Source of the DNA: Thermodesulfobacteriota bacterium
Lineage (GTDB): Bacteria; Desulfobacterota; Binatia; Binatales; Binataceae
Assembly (NCBI GenBank): GCA_046728175.1
Contig: JBKPEA010000005.1
Location: 12,795 to 76,794 of the forward strand
Reading direction: 5' to 3'
DNA length: 64,000 nt
Position 1 is the stretch's first letter; each line of letters starts with the position of its first letter. Positions 61,515 through 64,000 of this stretch are shown here, one piece after another. Position numbers and translations under genes: made by a program. Below the pieces are notes generated by a model, which saw only the letters and a program-made list of their open reading frames with translations, made no database searches and was not told where the DNA came from.

Positions 61515-63476
61515 ATGGAGCGCTCCACGGAAATAATGACTCCGGAGGAGCAGACCGCGGAGGTCCGCCAAGACTTTCGCGAGCATGAAACTCACGGCTT
61601 CGGATGGGTCGAAGCCGTACGGTTTCTCGGCGTCGCGACGGCGGCGGTGCTGGTGCGATTTCAGCTCGGCGAGCCGATACCGCACGTGAGCCTGATCGGG
61701 ATTGCCGGCGTACTGATCGGTGGATGGCCAATCTTCAAGGAAGCGGCACAGAATATCCCAGGCAGCCGGATGACCATGGAGCTGTCCATGAGCATCGCGA
61801 TCCTGGCGGCCGCCGCCATTTCCGAGTTTTTCACCGCCCTGATCATCATCTTGTTCGTGCTAGCCGCCGAAGTCTTGGAAAATCTCACGGTATCCCGCGG
61901 CCGCCGCGCGATTCGGGATCAACTGGAGCTGCTTCCCACTTCGGTTACGGTCCGTCGCGCCGGAAAAGTTTCCGAGGTTGATGGGAGTGACCTTCGAATC
62001 GGCGATTCGGTCTTGGTGAATCCGGGGGGAGCGATTCCAGTCGACGGCGTGGTCATCAGCGGGCACTCAATCGTCGATCAATCCAGGATAACCGGCGAGT
62101 CGATACCAGCGGAGAAAGTGCGCGGAGCGCTCGTTTACGCAGGGAGCGTGAACCAGTCGGGCGCGCTGGAAATTGCCACTCATCGAATCGGCCGCGATAC
62201 CAGCTACGGCAAGATCATCGAGGCAGTCGAAGCCGCTGAGCGCTCGCGAGCCCCGGTGCAACGTCTGGCTGATCGTTTGGCCAGCTACCTCGTCTGTTTT
62301 GCGGTCGCGGCGGCGGCTCTGACGTTCCTGCTCAGCCATGACATCCGCTCGACCATCTCGGTGATTATCGTAGCCGGTGCATGTGGGATCGCAGCGGGCA
62401 CGCCACTGGCAATCCTGGGAGGAATCGGACGCGCGGCGCGGCGCGGTGCGATCGTAAAGGGAGGACTGTACCTGGAGATTCTTGGGCGCGTGAATACAGT
62501 GGTGCTGGACAAGACTGGGACGTTGACTTTTGGCCGAGCCGTCGTGCAGGCGGCTCTTCCATTCGGCGGGATGTCGGAGAGCGAGTTGATTTCCAGCGCT
62601 GCAACGGCGGAATTGCGCTCCGAACATCCGCTGGGCAAGGCGATTGTCTCCTACGCCACGGCCAAAGGGATCGCGGTAAAGGAGCCCGAGCGCTTTGACT
62701 CCAGCCCCGGGCTCGGAGTCGTTGCCCGAGTCGGCGCTGCGACGATTCTCGCGGGAAATCGCCATTTGATGAGCGAACATAAGATCCTGATTCCACCAGA
62801 TTCAGGATCAGGCATCGGCGGCGTTTCAGAGGTGATGGTCACGAGGAATGGCAAATTCCTCGGCGCAATCGCGATCGCCGACGCGGTTCGGCCGGAGGCG
62901 CGGCACGCCATCAAGGAGTTTGACCGCATGGGGATCGGGACGCTGCTCTTGACCGGCGACGCCGAGCCGGTAGCGAAGGATATCGCCGCTCAGCTCGGGA
63001 TGATGGAATTTGCGGCCGAGCAGCTGCCCGAGGAGAAAGTGGCGCGAATCAGCCATCTGAAGCAGTCGGGACGCGTGGTCGCGATGGTCGGCGACGGAAT
63101 CAACGATGCGCCAGCCTTAACTGCGGCGAACGTGGGAGTGGCGATGGGCTCGGGAACCGACGTCGCGCAAGAGAGCGCGGGCATTGTGCTGCTGGGAAAT
63201 GACCTGCGCAAATTCGCGGAGACCGTGGAAATCGCCCAGTGGACGCGAAGGATTATCTGGCAGAACTTCGCCGGGACTATCGTGGTCGACCTGGCCGGGA
63301 TGGCACTGGCGGCCGCAGGTCTGCTTGACCCGAGCGTGGCGGCGTTCATTCACGTCGCCTCTGAAATGACTTTCATACTTAACTCTGCGCGGCTGCTGCC
63401 GCGAATGGACCGGAGCGCGACGAAACCAGCGACGGCTGTTGAGTCAGAGGACGGCACTCTCGCGAAGGCGGCTTAG
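61515..63476 (+). CDS. P1B-type heavy-metal-translocating P-type ATPase (no N-terminal metal-binding domain, atypical TM6 motif)
   Basis: DKTGTLT, GDGINDAPAL, TGES, 8 TM topology; TM6 reads VIIVAGACGIAAGTPLAI instead of the CPC/SPC/CPH motif. Confidence 0.85.
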   Translation: MERSTEIMTPEEQTAEVRQDFREHETHGFGWVEAVRFLGVATAAVLVRFQLGEPIPHVSLIGIAGVLIGGWPIFKEAAQNIPGSRMTMELSMSIAILAAAAISEFFTALIIILFVLAAEVLENLTVSRGRRAIRDQLELLPTSVTVRRAGKVSEVDGSDLRIGDSVLVNPGGAIPVDGVVISGHSIVDQSRITGESIPAEKVRGALVYAGSVNQSGALEIATHRIGRDTSYGKIIEAVEAAERSRAPVQRLADRLASYLVCFAVAAAALTFLLSHDIRSTISVIIVAGACGIAAGTPLAILGGIGRAARRGAIVKGGLYLEILGRVNTVVLDKTGTLTFGRAVVQAALPFGGMSESELISSAATAELRSEHPLGKAIVSYATAKGIAVKEPERFDSSPGLGVVARVGAATILAGNRHLMSEHKILIPPDSGSGIGGVSEVMVTRNGKFLGAIAIADAVRPEARHAIKEFDRMGIGTLLLTGDAEPVAKDIAAQLGMMEFAAEQLPEEKVARISHLKQSGRVVAMVGDGINDAPALTAANVGVAMGSGTDVAQESAGIVLLGNDLRKFAETVEIAQWTRRIIWQNFAGTIVVDLAGMALAAAGLLDPSVAAFIHVASEMTFILNSARLLPRMDRSATKPATAVESEDGTLAKAA

Positions 63477-63482
63477 TTTATT

Positions 63483-64000
63483 GTGGATTACTCCGGAGTT
63501 CAGCCATGGAACACAAGTAAAACTTCTCACCTCGAACTGTCCGAACTGCGTGCCAAGCTCAGCCGAATGGGAGAACTGGTCATCGATAAGCTCGAGCGAG
63601 CGCTCGGGTGCCTGAAGGAACACAATGTTCGCGACGCTCGCGTGGTTACCGAGCGGGATATCAATGTGAACAGAATGGATATTGACTTGGAAGAGATGTG
63701 CGTTCCTTGCCCTGCATCAGCCGGTGGCCGGGAGACCTCCGGCTCATAACCGCAGCGATGAAGATTACCACCGAACTGGAGCGAATCGGCGACCGGGTAG
63801 TCGACATTTGCAACGGTGTTCACCAGCGCGGCGGCGAGGACCCGATCGAATCGGCATACCGACATCTCTCGACTAGGAGCACTTGCAGCCGCGATGATTC
63901 GCGATAGCATGAACGCATTTTCTGAGGCGGATATCTTGCTGGCCAAGAAAGGTTCCACAGAGACAAGGAGTTTGATGCACCACCTTGGCCTCGAGAGGAC
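63483..64000 (+). pseudogene. PhoU domain protein, two frameshifts within ~30 nt near 63700-63740 (runs off window end)
   Basis: LSRMGELVIDKLERALGCLKEHNVRDARVVTERDINVNRMDIDLEEMC, then ALHQPVAG, then DLRLITAAMKITTELERIGDRVVDI in three frames; GTG start 7 nt after the ATPase stop. Confidence 0.5.

Overview
This is a high-GC (roughly 60-65%) bacterial chromosomal segment of Gram-negative type (lpxD, a GT9 heptosyltransferase and MlaC are present). No rRNA, convincing tRNA or CRISPR array is present.

Coordinates 1-27,400 are densely packed with mostly intact genes on both strands: thiolase, two SAM methyltransferases, PhzF, a Kelch lipoprotein, a thioredoxin-like fusion protein, a UGSC-type selenoprotein with an in-frame UGA, GT9 heptosyltransferase, lpxD, inositol-3-phosphate synthase, crcB-DUF190-ridA, a class III aminotransferase, mscL, amidohydrolase, MFS transporter, M20 peptidase, SDR, two VOC proteins, an IDO-like dioxygenase and an alpha/beta hydrolase.

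From about 27,400 to the end the sequence is a patchy, locally lower-GC accessory region. It contains a 200-bp AT-rich island, many genes interrupted by frameshifts (NHL-repeat protein, nitronate monooxygenase, Ser/Thr kinase, DUF892-like protein, Ku, enolase-superfamily enzyme, PoxB-like TPP enzyme, LLM/F420 oxidoreductase, PF04185 phosphoesterase, PhoU, a TPR/STAND remnant) and an IS256-family transposase fragment. Intact genes in this region are:
- LigD encoded as three overlapping genes (PE, ligase, polymerase);
- an AI-2E transporter fused to a cobalamin-binding domain;
- stress genes (BON, CsbD, small basic protein);
- a Rieske-FAD reductase;
- MlaC;
- a clan GH-A glycosidase;
- CsoR with a P1B-type ATPase that has an atypical TM6 motif.

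The most notable feature is a candidate three-gene redox/selenoprotein operon (Kelch lipoprotein, CPTC-thioredoxin fusion, UxxCxxC selenoprotein with a SECIS-like hairpin) at 3,948-7,362. Some of the frameshifts sit in homopolymers (e.g. G5 at about 56,650, A4 at about 32,040), so sequencing error cannot be separated from genuine gene decay using the sequence alone.
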